Part shown: positions 1 through 12,007 of the stretch, piece after piece | Position numbering within the stretch: position 1 is the stretch's first letter | Layout: the number at the start of each line of letters is the position of its first letter | NCBI GenBank assembly: GCA_951406725.2 | Contig: OX597815.1 | Coordinates: forward strand, 1,798,001 to 1,862,000 | Direction of reading: 5' to 3' | DNA length: 64,000 bases | Source: Octopus vulgaris | Taxonomy: Eukaryota | The notes under the pieces: model-generated | Told to the model about the DNA's origin: nothing | Seen by the model: only the letters and a program-made list of their open reading frames with translations | Database searches by the model: none | Made by a program: the position numbers and the translations under genes

Positions 1-88
1 TTGCGCCGCAGGGTCTTGGAGGTGATAGTGTTAGTTGAAGGCTGCCAAACCTGCCATACACAGACAACTTCAGCTTTATATATATAGA
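1..88 (-). mobile_element. Non-autonomous Helitron family B, 5' part (cut by window edge)
   Basis: Minus strand begins a|TCTATATATATAAAGCTGAAGTTGTCTG, matching the 5' end of the full copy at 45007-45397. Confidence 0.8.
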
Positions 89-95
89 TTTATCT

Positions 96-412
96 CAGTC
101 ATTTGACTGCGGCCATGCTGGAGCACTGCCTTTTAGTAGGACAAATTGACCCCAGAACGTTTTCTTTGTAAGCCTAATACTTATTCTATTGGTCTCTTTT
201 GCTGAACCACTAAGTTATGGGGACAAACACAGACACACAAACACACACATATATATGTCGGGCTTCTTTCAGTTTCCGTCTACCAAATCCACTCACAAGG
301 CTTTGGTTGGCCTGAGGCTATAGTAGAAGACACTTGCCCAAGGTGCCACGCAGTGGGACTGAACCCGGAACCATGTGGTTAGTAAGCAAGCTACTTACCA
401 CACAGCCACTCC
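96..412 (-). mobile_element. tRNA-derived SINE family A (internal microsatellite)
   Basis: Head with A-box-like TGGCTGTGTGG and B-box-like GGTTCAGTCC; matches copies at 2901, 9178, 17896, 43658. Confidence 0.85.
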
Positions 413-595
413 TACATCTAATATATAAAAACAGAAATAATAACATTGACATTTACAGCTGCAAAGTTTATTTTGTCTTAATTAACCACTTCTCGTTAGC
501 TGGGATGGAAGAAGTGACGTTGATGGGAGTGGTTGTAGTGCTAGTAGTAAAATCAGTGAAGGACCCTTGTAACATGGGGGTCAATAGTATGAGTG

Positions 596-745
596 GAGGT
601 GTGTGGCTCAGTGGTTAGGTGTGTTGTACTTATGTTCTAGTGATCAGGGTTTCGATTCCCAGGCTGGGTGGCACATTGTGTTTTTGAGCGAAACACTTCA
701 TTTCATGTTGGTGCAGTCCACTCAGTTGTAAATGTCCACCCCTGC
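596..745 (+). mobile_element. Degenerate tRNA-headed SINE (family D-like head)
   Basis: gtggctcagtggttag...gtttcgattccc...ttgagcgaaacacttcatttc; similar to 42777-43020 and 59200-59522. Confidence 0.55.
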
Positions 746-807
746 AACAGACCAATCATGGGCATAGAAAACTATGTAAAGTGTAGTGTGTGTGTGTCTG
801 TGTTTGT

Positions 808-839
<32 letters not shown>

Positions 840-1039
840 AATTGCATCTGAAACCCTGGTCGATCACGTGATCAGTGATTAGGCAGGTTTATTTGATAGA
901 CTGCCCTGCATGACACACCTTCCACCCGGGTACTTCTCCCTGATCAAACCAAGCAACCATTTTTAACACAGCCCCAACAGAGAACTTCTTGGTACAGCAA
1001 GAGATTTAGGGAACAGTTGGAGATTTTAATCTACTTTAT

Positions 1040-1372
1040 CTTTAACTTGTTTCAGACATTAAACTTGAGGTCATGCTGGGGCACCGCCTTGAAGAACTTT
1101 GAGTCTAACAAACCAACCTGAGCACTGACTTTTTTTGATGAACTGCTAAGTTATGGGAGTATAAACAAACCAACACCAGGTTGTCAAGCAGTGGCTAAGG
1201 ACAAACAGAGACACAATCACACACACACAGAACGGGCTTCTTTCAGTTTCCATCTACCAAATCCACTGACAAGGCTTTGGTAGGCTCGAGGTTGTAGTAA
1301 AAAATACTTGCCCTAGGCTGAACTTGGATCCATGTAGAGAAGTAAACTTCTTACTACACAGACACACCTGCA
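1040..1372 (-). mobile_element. SINE family A, diverged copy
   Basis: gggcttctttcagtttccatctaccaaatccac core plus tail segment. Confidence 0.7.
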
Positions 1373-1643
1373 TGGCAAGTTATTGAGAATGAATCGAAAG
1401 GTTTTAGGTTCGAAACCCTAAAATTATGTGTTGTAGATTGCAGCGCAAATTTGCGGGAGAAGAGAAAAGGAGAAAATTCTCAAAATCTCTGCTTCGCGGA
1501 GAGGAGAAAGAATGAAGAGAAGGGAGGTAACTCCTATTGACCAGAAAGCAATTTTGTGAACACTCAGAGGCAGAAAAACCAGGCATTCAGCAGCTGTTAT
1601 TACGGGAAACGATATCATATTGATATCTCTCTTATATAAAACA

Positions 1644-2033
1644 CTAGCAGTATCGCCCGGCGTTGCTCGGATTTGTAAGGGAAATAACTATATAAGCATT
1701 TTTAGAGAGATATAGCGAAAAGATAGCAAATAAATGCATTAAAAATGGAAAAAAAATGATGGTAAATTTTTTTAAAAATCGTTGACTCATTGTAGACATT
1801 TTTAGAGAGTTACTTCCCTTATATAATAGCGGAAAAATGCATTAAAATGGAAAAAAAATGATGGTAAATTTTTTTTAAATCGTAGACGCGTGCTAATACC
1901 CAGAAGGGCTCGATATGAATCACGACTATAAGATACCCGGTTTTGGTTAAACTGCACCGCAAAATGTGGGAGTAGTTAGGAATCTAAATCGTAGGAGACA
2001 GACAGCACACAACCTTACTTTTATATATAAAGA
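1644..2033 (-). mobile_element. Non-autonomous Helitron family A
   Basis: On the minus strand: 5' TC after A, subterminal GC hairpin (ccgagcaacgccggg), 3' CTAG before T, no TSD. Second copy at 11678-11976. This copy has an internal ~90-bp duplication. Confidence 0.85.
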
Positions 2034-2236
2034 TGTGATTTGGTCCCTGGTCACTGCCTCTTAATACTTTGGTTCTGTCATAACTTTTGTTACCATCTTT
2101 GTGCTGCCTTTATTTCAATTAATTTTGAAAATAACGAATCGTTTAGTAAAATAAATTTGTGGTTAATTAAGCTGAAGTTTGGAACATAAATCAAGATGGG
2201 AAGTGGGGGGAGGGGAACTCAAGTAGATTAAGACTA

Positions 2237-2400
2237 GTTTCAAATTTTGGCACAAGGCCAGCAATATTGGGGGGAAGCGAGTAAACTGATTACATAAACC
2301 TCAGTTTATTGTCCCTGAGAGAATGAAAAGCAAAGGCGACCGAGGCAGAATTGGAACTTAGAACGTAAGGACATGAAATAGAGTTAAACATTTTGGCCTG
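2237..2400 (-). mobile_element. Nin-domain SINE family B (alternative tail), degenerate
   Basis: tttcaaattttggcacaaggccagcaa...atgaaaagcaaaggcgacc...gcagaattggaacttagaacgt. Confidence 0.6.
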
Positions 2401-2900
2401 CAAGGTTTGCAGCCCTACAGGAAGACTAATATGAAAAGGGTTAAATGAGGGACCAGGTCAGTATTGAACCAACAAGACAGTCTCTAGTCACTTGACTCGT
2501 TAAAAGTAGCAGCTAAATCTCATTGAAGCTGTACTGGAGAATGTAGTTCCTATTTTACAGAAAGACAGGGTGGTCACAGTTGCATTGTCTTTGGTTATCC
2601 ATGGCTGTGGAGGTATCGAGTTTTTTTTGCAGTCATATAGTTCTGTGTTCAATCCCAGCTCCCTTTTAGTCCACATTCCTCCCATTATACAACTACCATA
2701 ATCCTAAAACACAGTCTGAAATTTTTCCCATCCAAATTCTCCGAACACAGTTTGGGATCTTCCAAAAGAACTTTTCCACTAAACACACAAATATATTCGG
2801 TTTTATGCATTTATAAAAAAAAAGTGTTGTTTGAATTAAAACTCAAATTGTAATTAATATTCTTTATATTAATTAAATTATTCTAATTACATTACATTAT

Positions 2901-3063
2901 AGGTGCAGGAGTGGCTGTGTGGTAAGTAGCTTGCTTCCCAAACACATGGTTCCAGGTTCAGTCCCACTGCGTGGCACCTTGGGCGAGTGTCTTCTTCTAT
3001 AGCCTCGAGTCGACCGAAGCCTTGTGAGTGGATTTGGTAGATGGAAACTGAAAGAAGCTCGTC

Positions 3064-3102
<39 letters not shown>

Positions 3103-3325
3103 TATATATATATGCATGTGTGTGTATATGTTTGAGTGTCTGTGTTTGTCTCCCCAGCATCGATTGACAACCGATGCTGGTGTGTTTACGTTCCCGTAAC
3201 TTAGCGGTTTGGCAAAAAGAAACCGATAGAATAAGTACTAAGGCTTACAAAAGAATACGTCCTGGGGTCGATTTGCTTGACTAAAAGGTGGTGCTCCAGC
3301 ATGGCCAGTCAAATGACTGAAACAT
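2901..3325 (+). mobile_element. SINE family A, full length
   Basis: tRNA-like head, central (TA)n/(TG)n, tail ggtgctccagcatggcc...tgactgaaac. Confidence 0.9.
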
Positions 3326-3644
3326 TTCAAAAGGAGAGAGCCTCTCCATTGTCAGCGGATCAAACGGAAATGGAAATCATTTCCGAATCACATCCTGTAA
3401 TATTTTAAAAGACAGAACACATTGAGTAGGAAAATATCAGATGTATTGCACGCCATGTTAAGAGGTGATGGTCATGGATTACTTGACTGAGGGCAGTAGC
3501 AAGGGGAGAAGTGGTTTGATGCTTTGTTATATGAGACAGGTGCTTCATTGAAAAAAGGCTGGAAAAGGACATTGCAGGGGAGAAGAGGAAATGAGAATGA
3601 GTGAGGAGGAGAGGATGTGGGGGTGGGATAGGAACTGGAGGAAG

Positions 3645-3752
3645 AAATGTCCAAGTGTTTGAAGTAGACGGAAGTTGTGGAAGAGGGCAACCAAAGAAGA
3701 CACGACAGAAAGTATTGTATGTGATGAGCCAATGATGATGATGATGATGATG
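3645..3752 (+). mobile_element. Degraded RTE LINE C-terminal fragment
   Basis: Translates EVDGSCGRGQPKKTRQKVL, similar to the RTE C-terminal RGRPxKTW motif; (GAT)n follows. Confidence 0.5.
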
Positions 3753-3781
3753 GTAATCTCTTTCTTAGCCACTAAAAGGCC

Positions 3782-4010
3782 TTGAGCTGGCAGAATCGTT
3801 AGGATGCCGGGCGAAATGTTTAGCAGTATTTCGTCTGCCGCTACGTTCTGAGTTCAAATTCCGCCGAAGTAGACTTTGCCTTTCATCCTTTTGGGGTCGA
3901 TAAATTAAGTACCAGTTACGCACTGGGGTTGATGTAATCGATTTAATCCCTTTGTCTGTCCTTGTTTGTCCCCTCTGTGTTTATCCCCTTGTGGGTAATA
4001 AAGAAATGGG
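3782..4010 (+). mobile_element. Nin-domain SINE family B
   Basis: gagctggcagaatcgttag head, gagttcaaattcc B box, gactttgcctttcatccttttggggtcgataaattaagtaccag central domain. Confidence 0.85.
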
Positions 4011-4727
4011 TAATTTCTTTCTTAGCCACTTAACTTCAAGAAGAATTTGGATGGTACAAAAGGAAAGGGTAGAATGGCAGGGGAGGAGGGGAGAGGAGTT
4101 GACATAAGATAAGGGACAGGCCAATAGTGGCGGCAGGTAGTGAATCAAGGAACCCCATAGACACCGAATTAGCATGACCCCTCCCCCAGGGGAGAATGTC
4201 CTTACTCAGCTGTCATTTCCTAGTCTACAGGTGTTCGTTCATTAAGGTCACAGCAATCAGTGTCAACCAGCTTTCAACAAATTTACAGGGGGAGGAGGAG
4301 GGCATTCTCCCCCCCCCCCCCCGCCGCCGCCGCCACACAACTTCTTCCCCATCGATTTCTTATACAGAAGAAGGGGCCAGTAAAGTTTTACTTCCCTGTG
4401 GGCTGTGGCGGTGAGAGTTTGCCGATTACGTGCTTTATTGGTCCATGGAAGGATAAAAAAAATCAAATTGAGCCACAGTAAGATTCGAACTCTGGAAATA
4501 AAGAGCCGTAAATAATTAATCAACGATAGGAAGTAATTATTGCTTCGTATTGTTGTGCTTTGTTGCAAATAGCAAATCACAAACACACACGAAATAATAA
4601 ATGTAAGTCTGTGAAATGGAATTAGGTTTCGAACAGGCAAGACAGAGTTATCTACCCTGGAACAGATAATATTTGAGAAGCTGCCATCGCCTTCTTCAGT
4701 GTTTTGAGGTCGACAGAATAAATATAC

Positions 4728-4955
4728 CTATGTCTTTACTACCCACAAGGGGATAAACACAGAGGGGACAAATAAGGACAGACAGACGGATTAAGTCGAT
4801 TATATCGACCCCAGTGCGTGACTGGTACTTGATTTATCGACCCCGAAAGGATGAAAGGCAAAGTCGACCTCGGCGGAATTTGAACTCAGAACGTAGTGGC
4901 AGACGAAATACCGCTTGGCATTTCGCCCGGCGTGCTAACGATTCTGCCAGCTCGG
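4728..4955 (-). mobile_element. SINE family B
   Basis: Reverse-complement near-copy of 3782-4010. Confidence 0.85.
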
Positions 4956-5070
4956 GGCCGTCGCCAGAATAAGATATACCAGTCAGGTATTGGGGATCGT
5001 GGTAATCGCCAAGCATCCGACCCCCACACTACAATTACAGGCCATATGCCTACAGGAGAAGGAATTGTTT

Positions 5071-5089
5071 GAGAGAGAGAGAGAGAGGG

Positions 5090-5181
<92 letters not shown>
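5071..5181. repeat. (GA)n microsatellite
   Basis: Directly visible. Confidence 0.95.
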
Positions 5182-5185
<4 letters not shown>

Positions 5186-5418
5186 GTCGCTTCTGACAGC
5201 CCATCAAAGTTGATGCCAGCATCGATCCAAGACATCCATCCTGTTCTGCTTCCAACGGATTGTTTCTCACGGGGAGCCGGGCGTGGCTGGGCAAGATCGA
5301 TACGAGACGGGGGGGGGGGGTAAATCCTGTGGCGTTGAGGGCAGCGAAAGGGACACTCAAACAACAGCCGCAGGAGGGGAGGGGGGTCAGAGGAGAAAAA
5401 GATAAGCAGGCAGAGAAC

Positions 5419-5450
<32 letters not shown>

Positions 5451-5550
5451 ACGGTTCAAGGTAATCCTCCTAACCTCAACGATAACAATAATAACAAAAT
5501 CTAATACAAAACAAATATCAAATGAACTATTTGAAGAAGAAGAAGAAGAA

Positions 5551-5589
<39 letters not shown>

Positions 5590-5747
5590 AATAAAGAAAA
5601 GAATGTTGGTGATCATAGCCAGATGTAGAAGCTAAATTTCAGCAACAAGGATGATGACGAAGATCGACTTGCTAGACATAGCAGCCATAGGCTCCCTTAC
5701 TCAATCAAGACTCACTTAGGGTTAGATGACCAACAAACTATATATAT

Positions 5748-5793
<46 letters not shown>

Positions 5794-5799
5794 GTATAT

Positions 5800-6064
5800 A
5801 AAATTTAAATAATCAGGATGATAAATTGAATATGAATTTAATTAACATCAATTTAAAACCAGTAGACTAGCATATAGAAAAACCTGAAAATTCAGAAAAA
5901 TTGTAATACATGCGTATAGGAAGGGATAACCACTAAGTGGACATCCAATATGCTAGAAGAAGATCACCTGCGATCTAACCACAAAGAAAAGAAAGTTCTC
6001 TAGAGAACATAAGCAGGTAAGACAGATGAAAATATACAAATAGCATATTGGATGTCCACTTAGT
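5800..6064. mobile_element. (TA)n-embedded element fragment with 24-bp perfect inverted repeat
   Basis: actaagtggacatccaatatgcta (5932-5955) / tagcatattggatgtccacttagt (6041-6064); left part resembles 43863-43970. Confidence 0.6.
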
Positions 6065-6232
6065 ATATGTATATATATATAAATTTAACAATTAAGGATA
6101 ACTTCTTTTTATATTATATAGAGGGCATTATTACACGTAAATGCCTCACACTAAGAGGGACATAAGTCATTTCTACCAAAAATTTTACTAATCATACCCA
6201 ATGCAGTTTTTCAAAGCAAGACATTTAAAAAA

Positions 6233-6285
<53 letters not shown>

Positions 6286-6288
<3 letters not shown>

Positions 6289-6615
6289 ACAGGGACAGCA
6301 ACAGGTTGCTTGGCTGCATACCGAAAAAGTAGAAATAGCAGTTAAGAATGCTTATTTCTATTTTCCACAAGAAATATATATCAAAAGTATATATGAAATA
6401 TATATCCAATATGTTTATAATCCAGAAACATGATGTTCGCAGATAACCGCCAGACTTCGTTTTCGATATCTATTCGTTCTGTTTTGCATATGTGAATTGC
6501 AGGGTTTGTCGTGTGTGGAGCCCCACTTGTGGAAAATAGAAATAAGCATTCTTGACTGCTATTTCTACTTTTTCGGTATGCGGCCAAGCAACCTGTTGCC
6601 TGTCCCTTTTTTCTT
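6286..6615. mobile_element. Foldback/MITE-like element in (TA)n with ~80-bp terminal inverted repeats
   Basis: Arm 6291-6371 is near-perfectly reverse complementary to 6526-6607; TA runs flank both sides. Confidence 0.85.
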
Positions 6616-6752
6616 ATATACAATATATATACTGAACTTTACAGAAGTTCCTATCGTTAATCGGCTATATTTACATACCGAATTCTACCAGTAAATAATT
6701 GTGGTCTTTTTTAAAAACCATTATAGAAATTATTTACTCTTATTATTATATA

Positions 6753-6794
<42 letters not shown>

Positions 6795-7310
6795 GCATTT
6801 TGATAATGTGAAGGCGTTTTAGAAATGGCCTTCTGTGAGGGTTAAAGGTGTGTCTGTGTGTGTACGCAGGCGTCTATGTGTATGTATGTTCATGCATGTA
6901 TGCATGCAGGCATGAATGTGTGTGTATGCATACATACATGTGTATGTATAATAAATAATAACTTGAACTGTATATGCATAAATGTAGGCATGTGTGTCTA
7001 TGTATGTCTATGTATCTATTTATGTGTGTAATGGCTGTGTGTAGAGAAGAGACGACAGGGTAGCCGTAGCCAAAGTTTGGAACTGCCAGGGGAAGCAGTC
7101 GGGAATTCCGATTAAGATCACCAGAGTTGCAACAAAATGCATTTTGTTGCATTTCTGGTCAGACGGTTTAGTGCACGAGTTGCAAATAGGGGCAAGGGTT
7201 ACGGGGTTAGTGTGGGGGACAGCAAGGTTGGTCACCCCTCCTCTAACAATGTATATGTGTGTGTGTGTGTACATGCTTGTGCATGTATGAGAGATATATG
7301 CACATGTGCA

Positions 7311-7344
<34 letters not shown>

Positions 7345-7414
7345 TGTGTGTATGCACCCTGGTCTGCGATCCTAACCAATGAGGTCAGAATTTAGCAGCA
7401 GCAGAAACCCTGCT

Positions 7415-7670
7415 GTTAAATGGCACAAGTATTCTTAGATTCTCTTCAACACACTTAAATGACATATATTCTTAGATTGGTTAGCATCACTAAATTATAG
7501 TCTGAGATTCTTTAATATCTTTACGTGACATATATTCCTAGATAAATGGCATATATTCTTAGAATCTTCAGCATAGTTTAAATGGCACGTATTAATTGGT
7601 TAACCTAGTTAAATGGCTTATATTCTCAGATCCTTCTGAATATCGTTAAATGTTGTAGATTCATAGATTG
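7415..7670. repeat. Degenerate minisatellite (TTAAATGGCA-TATATTCTTAGAT motif)
   Basis: Motif recurs about 7-8 times at roughly 25-40 bp spacing. Confidence 0.7.
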
Positions 7671-7700
7671 GCTGATGATGTCAAATGGTGGTTCTGGAAG

Positions 7701-7883
7701 AGGTGCAGGCGTGGCTGTTTGGTAAGAAGCTTGCGTCCCAACCACACGGTTCCAGGTTCGGTTTCAGTGCATGGCACAATGAGCAAGTGTTTCCTACTAT
7801 GACCACCACAGGCCAACCAAAGTTTTGAGAGTGGATTTAATAGAAGTAAACTGAAAGAATCCTGTCGTGTATATATACATACA

Positions 7884-7945
<62 letters not shown>

Positions 7946-8322
7946 AGGTGAATGAATTATCCTAGCATGGAAAATTCGTTTAACCGATACCTGGGTAGCA
8001 AATTCACGTCAGAAAACACGGTTGAAGCGACCTGTTAAGGGTAGAAACTCCGGGTTCTTGTGTGGAAATCCGTTCGACTCCATTCTTTCATTTATTCATA
8101 TGTGTGTGTGTGTGTGTGCACACTTTTGTGTCTGTCTTTGTCCCATCACCAGCGCTTGACAACTGGTGATGTGTTTATGCCCCCATAATTAGTTGTTTGG
8201 CAAAAGAGACTGATGGAATAAACACCAAGCTTAAAATGAAAATTTTAGTCGCTTCATTCGACTAAAAACTCATGCTCCAGCTTGGCCACAGTCTAATGAC
8301 TGAAACAAGCAAAAGAATAAAA
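7701..8322 (+). mobile_element. SINE family A with a ~160-bp insertion in its internal microsatellite
   Basis: Head 7701-7868, unrelated segment 7941-8098 between TA/TG runs, tail to ~8322. Confidence 0.75.
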
Positions 8323-8627
8323 GACGATGTGTATTCGAAACAGAGTGCATTGATACTTGGAGGTTTTACAAGAAGAATTCGATCATGGAACCTCTCCCTT
8401 TATAAAGGACAACATTCCACTTTCTGATCTTAATACCAAGACATGCAACTAAAGTACATTCCTAAAAATCTTCCTCCAAAGAATTCTACCAGAAACATGA
8501 AACCTTATCACATTTTTTCTCACTATTTCTATGGAGTTCATAATATTTGCCATCTTTCCAAAAGCGGTGCTACGTTGTTATTTCAGCCAATATGACACTT
8601 CTTTGAGAAAACCACCACCACCACTGC

Positions 8628-8795
8628 CAATTAACGTCTGTTTACCTTGCTGGCATGGGTTGGATGGTGTGACAGGAGTTGGCAAGGGCACCAGGTTCCA
8701 GCCGCATTTGGCATAGTTTCTATGGTTACTGGATGCCCTTCCTAATGCCAACCACTTTACAGAGTGTACAAACGGTGCTTTTTAGGTGGCACCAG
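8628..8795 (-). mobile_element. RTE LINE 3'-UTR fragment
   Basis: ttaacgtc...gcatgggttgga...ctggatgcccttcctaatgccaaccac family motif. Confidence 0.7.
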
Positions 8796-9177
8796 CACTG
8801 ACAAGACCAGCAGGTACCTTGTAAGACAAGAACCCCTCAACTGGGAGGAGAGGTAAGGAGTGGCCTTTGCAGGGGTGTGGCTTTGTGCCAAGTGAGAGAT
8901 TTCGAGGTACAGAGGGAACAAGTTTATATTTTAAAAGGATCAAGGAAAAGATTTTCATTTCTTCATAAACAAACTCTTGGATTGCCAAATGAATTTTTGT
9001 TCTTCATTTTTTAAAAATCGTTTCTGATATCATTTGAATGAAGAATATTTCTATTGTTATGTTTTTTTTTTTCATACAGCCATTCCTGCTGAACATTGTG
9101 GAAAAAATTAAAGATTGTCCGTTAAAGCAATATTCGAAGAAGCAGACGTTTGAAAAGGAAAAAAAAAAAATGATCAT

Positions 9178-9582
9178 AGGCATAGGAGTGGCTGTATGGT
9201 AAGTAGCTTGCTTACCAACCACATGGTTCCGGGTTCAGTCCCACTGCGTGGCGCTTTGGACAAGTGTCTTCTACTATAGCCTCAGGCAGACCAAAGCCTT
9301 GTGAGTGGATTTGGTAGATGGAAACTGAAAGAAGCCTGTCGTACATATATATATATGTATGTGTGTGTGTGTTTGTGTGTCTGTGTTTTTGTCCCCCAAC
9401 ATCGCTTGACAACCGATGCTGGTGTGTTTACGTCCCCGTAACTTAGCGGTTCGGAAAAAGAGACCGATAGAATAAGTACTAGGCTTACAAAGAATAAGTC
9501 CTGGGGTTGATTTGCTCGACTAAAGGCGGTGCTCCAGCATGGCCACAGTCAAATGACTGAAACAAGTAAAAGAGTAAAGAGT
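9178..9582 (+). mobile_element. SINE family A, full length, low divergence
   Basis: Complete head-microsatellite-tail ending gaaacaagtaaaagagtaaagag. Confidence 0.9.
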
Positions 9583-9824
9583 AGAAGAGAGAGTATGTGA
9601 GGAAGAGTAGAGAGTAGTGGATGAAGAGGCATGTAAAGGGTGTTACGGATGGAGAGTATCAAGAACTGGTTGCACAAGAACGGCAGGGAAGCTGGGGGAC
9701 TTGATTGGGAAAACTTTTGTTGTAATGTCATCAGGCATAGATTACATAAAGAAAATTCTTCCATCACTTTCATTCGCTCCTTTTTTAAAAATCTGAATAA
9801 ATTTTACCTTTTTTTTCATACATA

Positions 9825-9856
<32 letters not shown>

Positions 9857-10276
9857 TACCAATTAGAAAACAAACAAACAAAACAAATGAATTTCTCTGG
9901 CAATCCAATATTGTATCACTCACCATCTGCTGATCTTTTACGAACCCCAAGTGTGCTCTGCCCCTTAAGGACTTGCTCATATATCAGCCCAGCTGGAGCA
10001 GTGGCTATTTCATACTCATGCTCCGACCCTTGCACTCACAGACCTGCTCTTGAACTCCTTGTCTTCTACCAAAATGGCTCACACTTCCCTCTCCTGCCAA
10101 CAAACTGCCGGTAACCACCCATAACTCACCCACACCCACTCCAATGGCCTTCGTCCCCTTCTGCTCCTCCCTGCACTGCCCCCATTCACAAATCTTTTGC
10201 TCATATTTTCATGTCTTGACAACTTTAAATCTCTTCAGACCTACTTCACAGCCCCTTTTATTTTTAGAGTCATTAA

Positions 10277-10577
10277 TGAGGCTCCGAAAGGGGTCTCAGC
10301 AGGGAGTAGCGTCCCTGCCTTCCTGAGCTAGTTTTCCACCACATTTCTCAAAAATCATGGTAGAGGCCTTGGTCTCAGCACCACTCATGTCTAGAAACTG
10401 AGGTTGGGGGGGTAAGCAAGGGCATGCTCCCCGTAGAAAATCCAGCTCAAAAAAAGCTTGATGATAGCAAAGGAGAATGGGCACCAAAGGAGAATGGCAT
10501 TGGGGTAGATCTGGCCAACCCTGTTAACGGGGACAAAACCCGGATTTAAAACACTGGACGATGACGATGATGATGAT
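10277..10577 (+). mobile_element. Short retroposon with structured 5' end and (GAT)n tail, probably RTE-related non-autonomous
   Basis: Two GC-rich hairpins at the start, ggtaagcaagggcatgctccccgtagaaaa motif, ends ...aaaacactggacgatgacgatgatgat. Confidence 0.5.
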
Positions 10578-10707
10578 AAACGTTCACAAATTCAAGTTAA
10601 ACATTGTCAACACATTTGACATTCCTGTCTGGTAGATATTTCCCACCCTCACCTGTTCAGGTAAAGACAAACCATTCATCTGCCTCACACACACACACAC
10701 ACACACA

Positions 10708-11075
10708 TAGGTGTGGTTGTATGGTAAAGAAGTTTGTCTCCCAACCACATGGTTCCAGGTTCAGTCCCAATGAGTGGCACCTTGGGCAAGAGTCTTCATC
10801 TCATAGCCTTGGGCTGACCAAAGGTTTGGGAGTGGATATAGTAGACGGAAACTGAAAGAAGCCTGTCATACATAAATACCTGTGTGCATGTCTTTGTGCT
10901 TGTTTACGCCACTGTAACTTAGTGGTTCAGCAAATGAGACTGATAGAATAAGTACCAGGCTTGCAAAAAAAAAAAAATGCTGTTGCGGGGGGGGGGGGTT
11001 CGATTTGTTTGACTAGAAAGAATAATTGAAGGTGGTGTTCCAGCTTGGCCACAGTTTGATAATTGAAACAAGTGA
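10708..11075 (+). mobile_element. SINE family A, diverged
   Basis: Head and tail motifs present. Confidence 0.75.
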
Positions 11076-11273
11076 AAGGCAGAGAAGCACAAAAGGTGCT
11101 TTGAGTGTTTTGATGGGGAATTGATGTGAGAGAGTTGAGAGGAAGGAACGGATGAGGAGGCTGGATGAGGAGGCTGGAGGAATTTGTCTGTGAGAAGATG
11201 GTAAGATGGTATTGTTTCAATGCAGGAGGCCAGAGGAATAGAGAGTATAGAATTACGAGAGACAGGAGAGAGG

Positions 11274-11311
<38 letters not shown>

Positions 11312-11677
11312 CAGCAGTGGGGGGAGGATTAACTAGTAACACTATTAGATTACATAGAGTAGTAGTAGTAGTAGCAGCAGCAGAAAGCCAACAATTTCTC
11401 AAATGGTAGAAGGCACCAAGCAGCAGTGGCAGAAAACAAAATGACAAGAAAGACTCTCAAAGAACACAATGCTGCTACTACTAGTACTACTACTACTACT
11501 ACTACTACTACAAATACTACTACTACTACTACCACCACTGCTGCTGGATGGATGTAAATATTTCAGCTGTTTTAGACTCAATGTTATCTTCCCCACAACC
11601 CCCATCTACATTCACTTAATCAGACTGTGAGATGTCTGGGTGTGTAGTGTGTGTGTGTGTATATATTTATATATATA

Positions 11678-11976
11678 CTAGCAGTATCACCCGGCGTTGC
11701 TCGGGTTTGTAAGGGAAATAACTGTATAAGCATTTTTAGAGAGTTATAGCAAAAAAATAGCAAAAAAAATGCATTAAAAATGGAAAAAAAATTATGGTAA
11801 ATTTTTTTTTTAAATCGTAGACTCATCTTAGACGTGCGCTAATACCCAGAAGGGCTCGATATGAATCACGACTATAAGATACCCGAATTTGGTTAAACTG
11901 CACCGCAAAATGTGGGAGTAGTTAGGAATCTAAATCGAAGGAGACAGACACACGACTTCACTTTTATATATAAAGA
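11678..11976 (-). mobile_element. Non-autonomous Helitron family A
   Basis: TC...hairpin-CTAG termini at an A|T site; homologous to 1644-2033. Confidence 0.85.
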
Positions 11977-12007
11977 TATGCATGCATGTATATTTGAGTA
12001 TATATGC

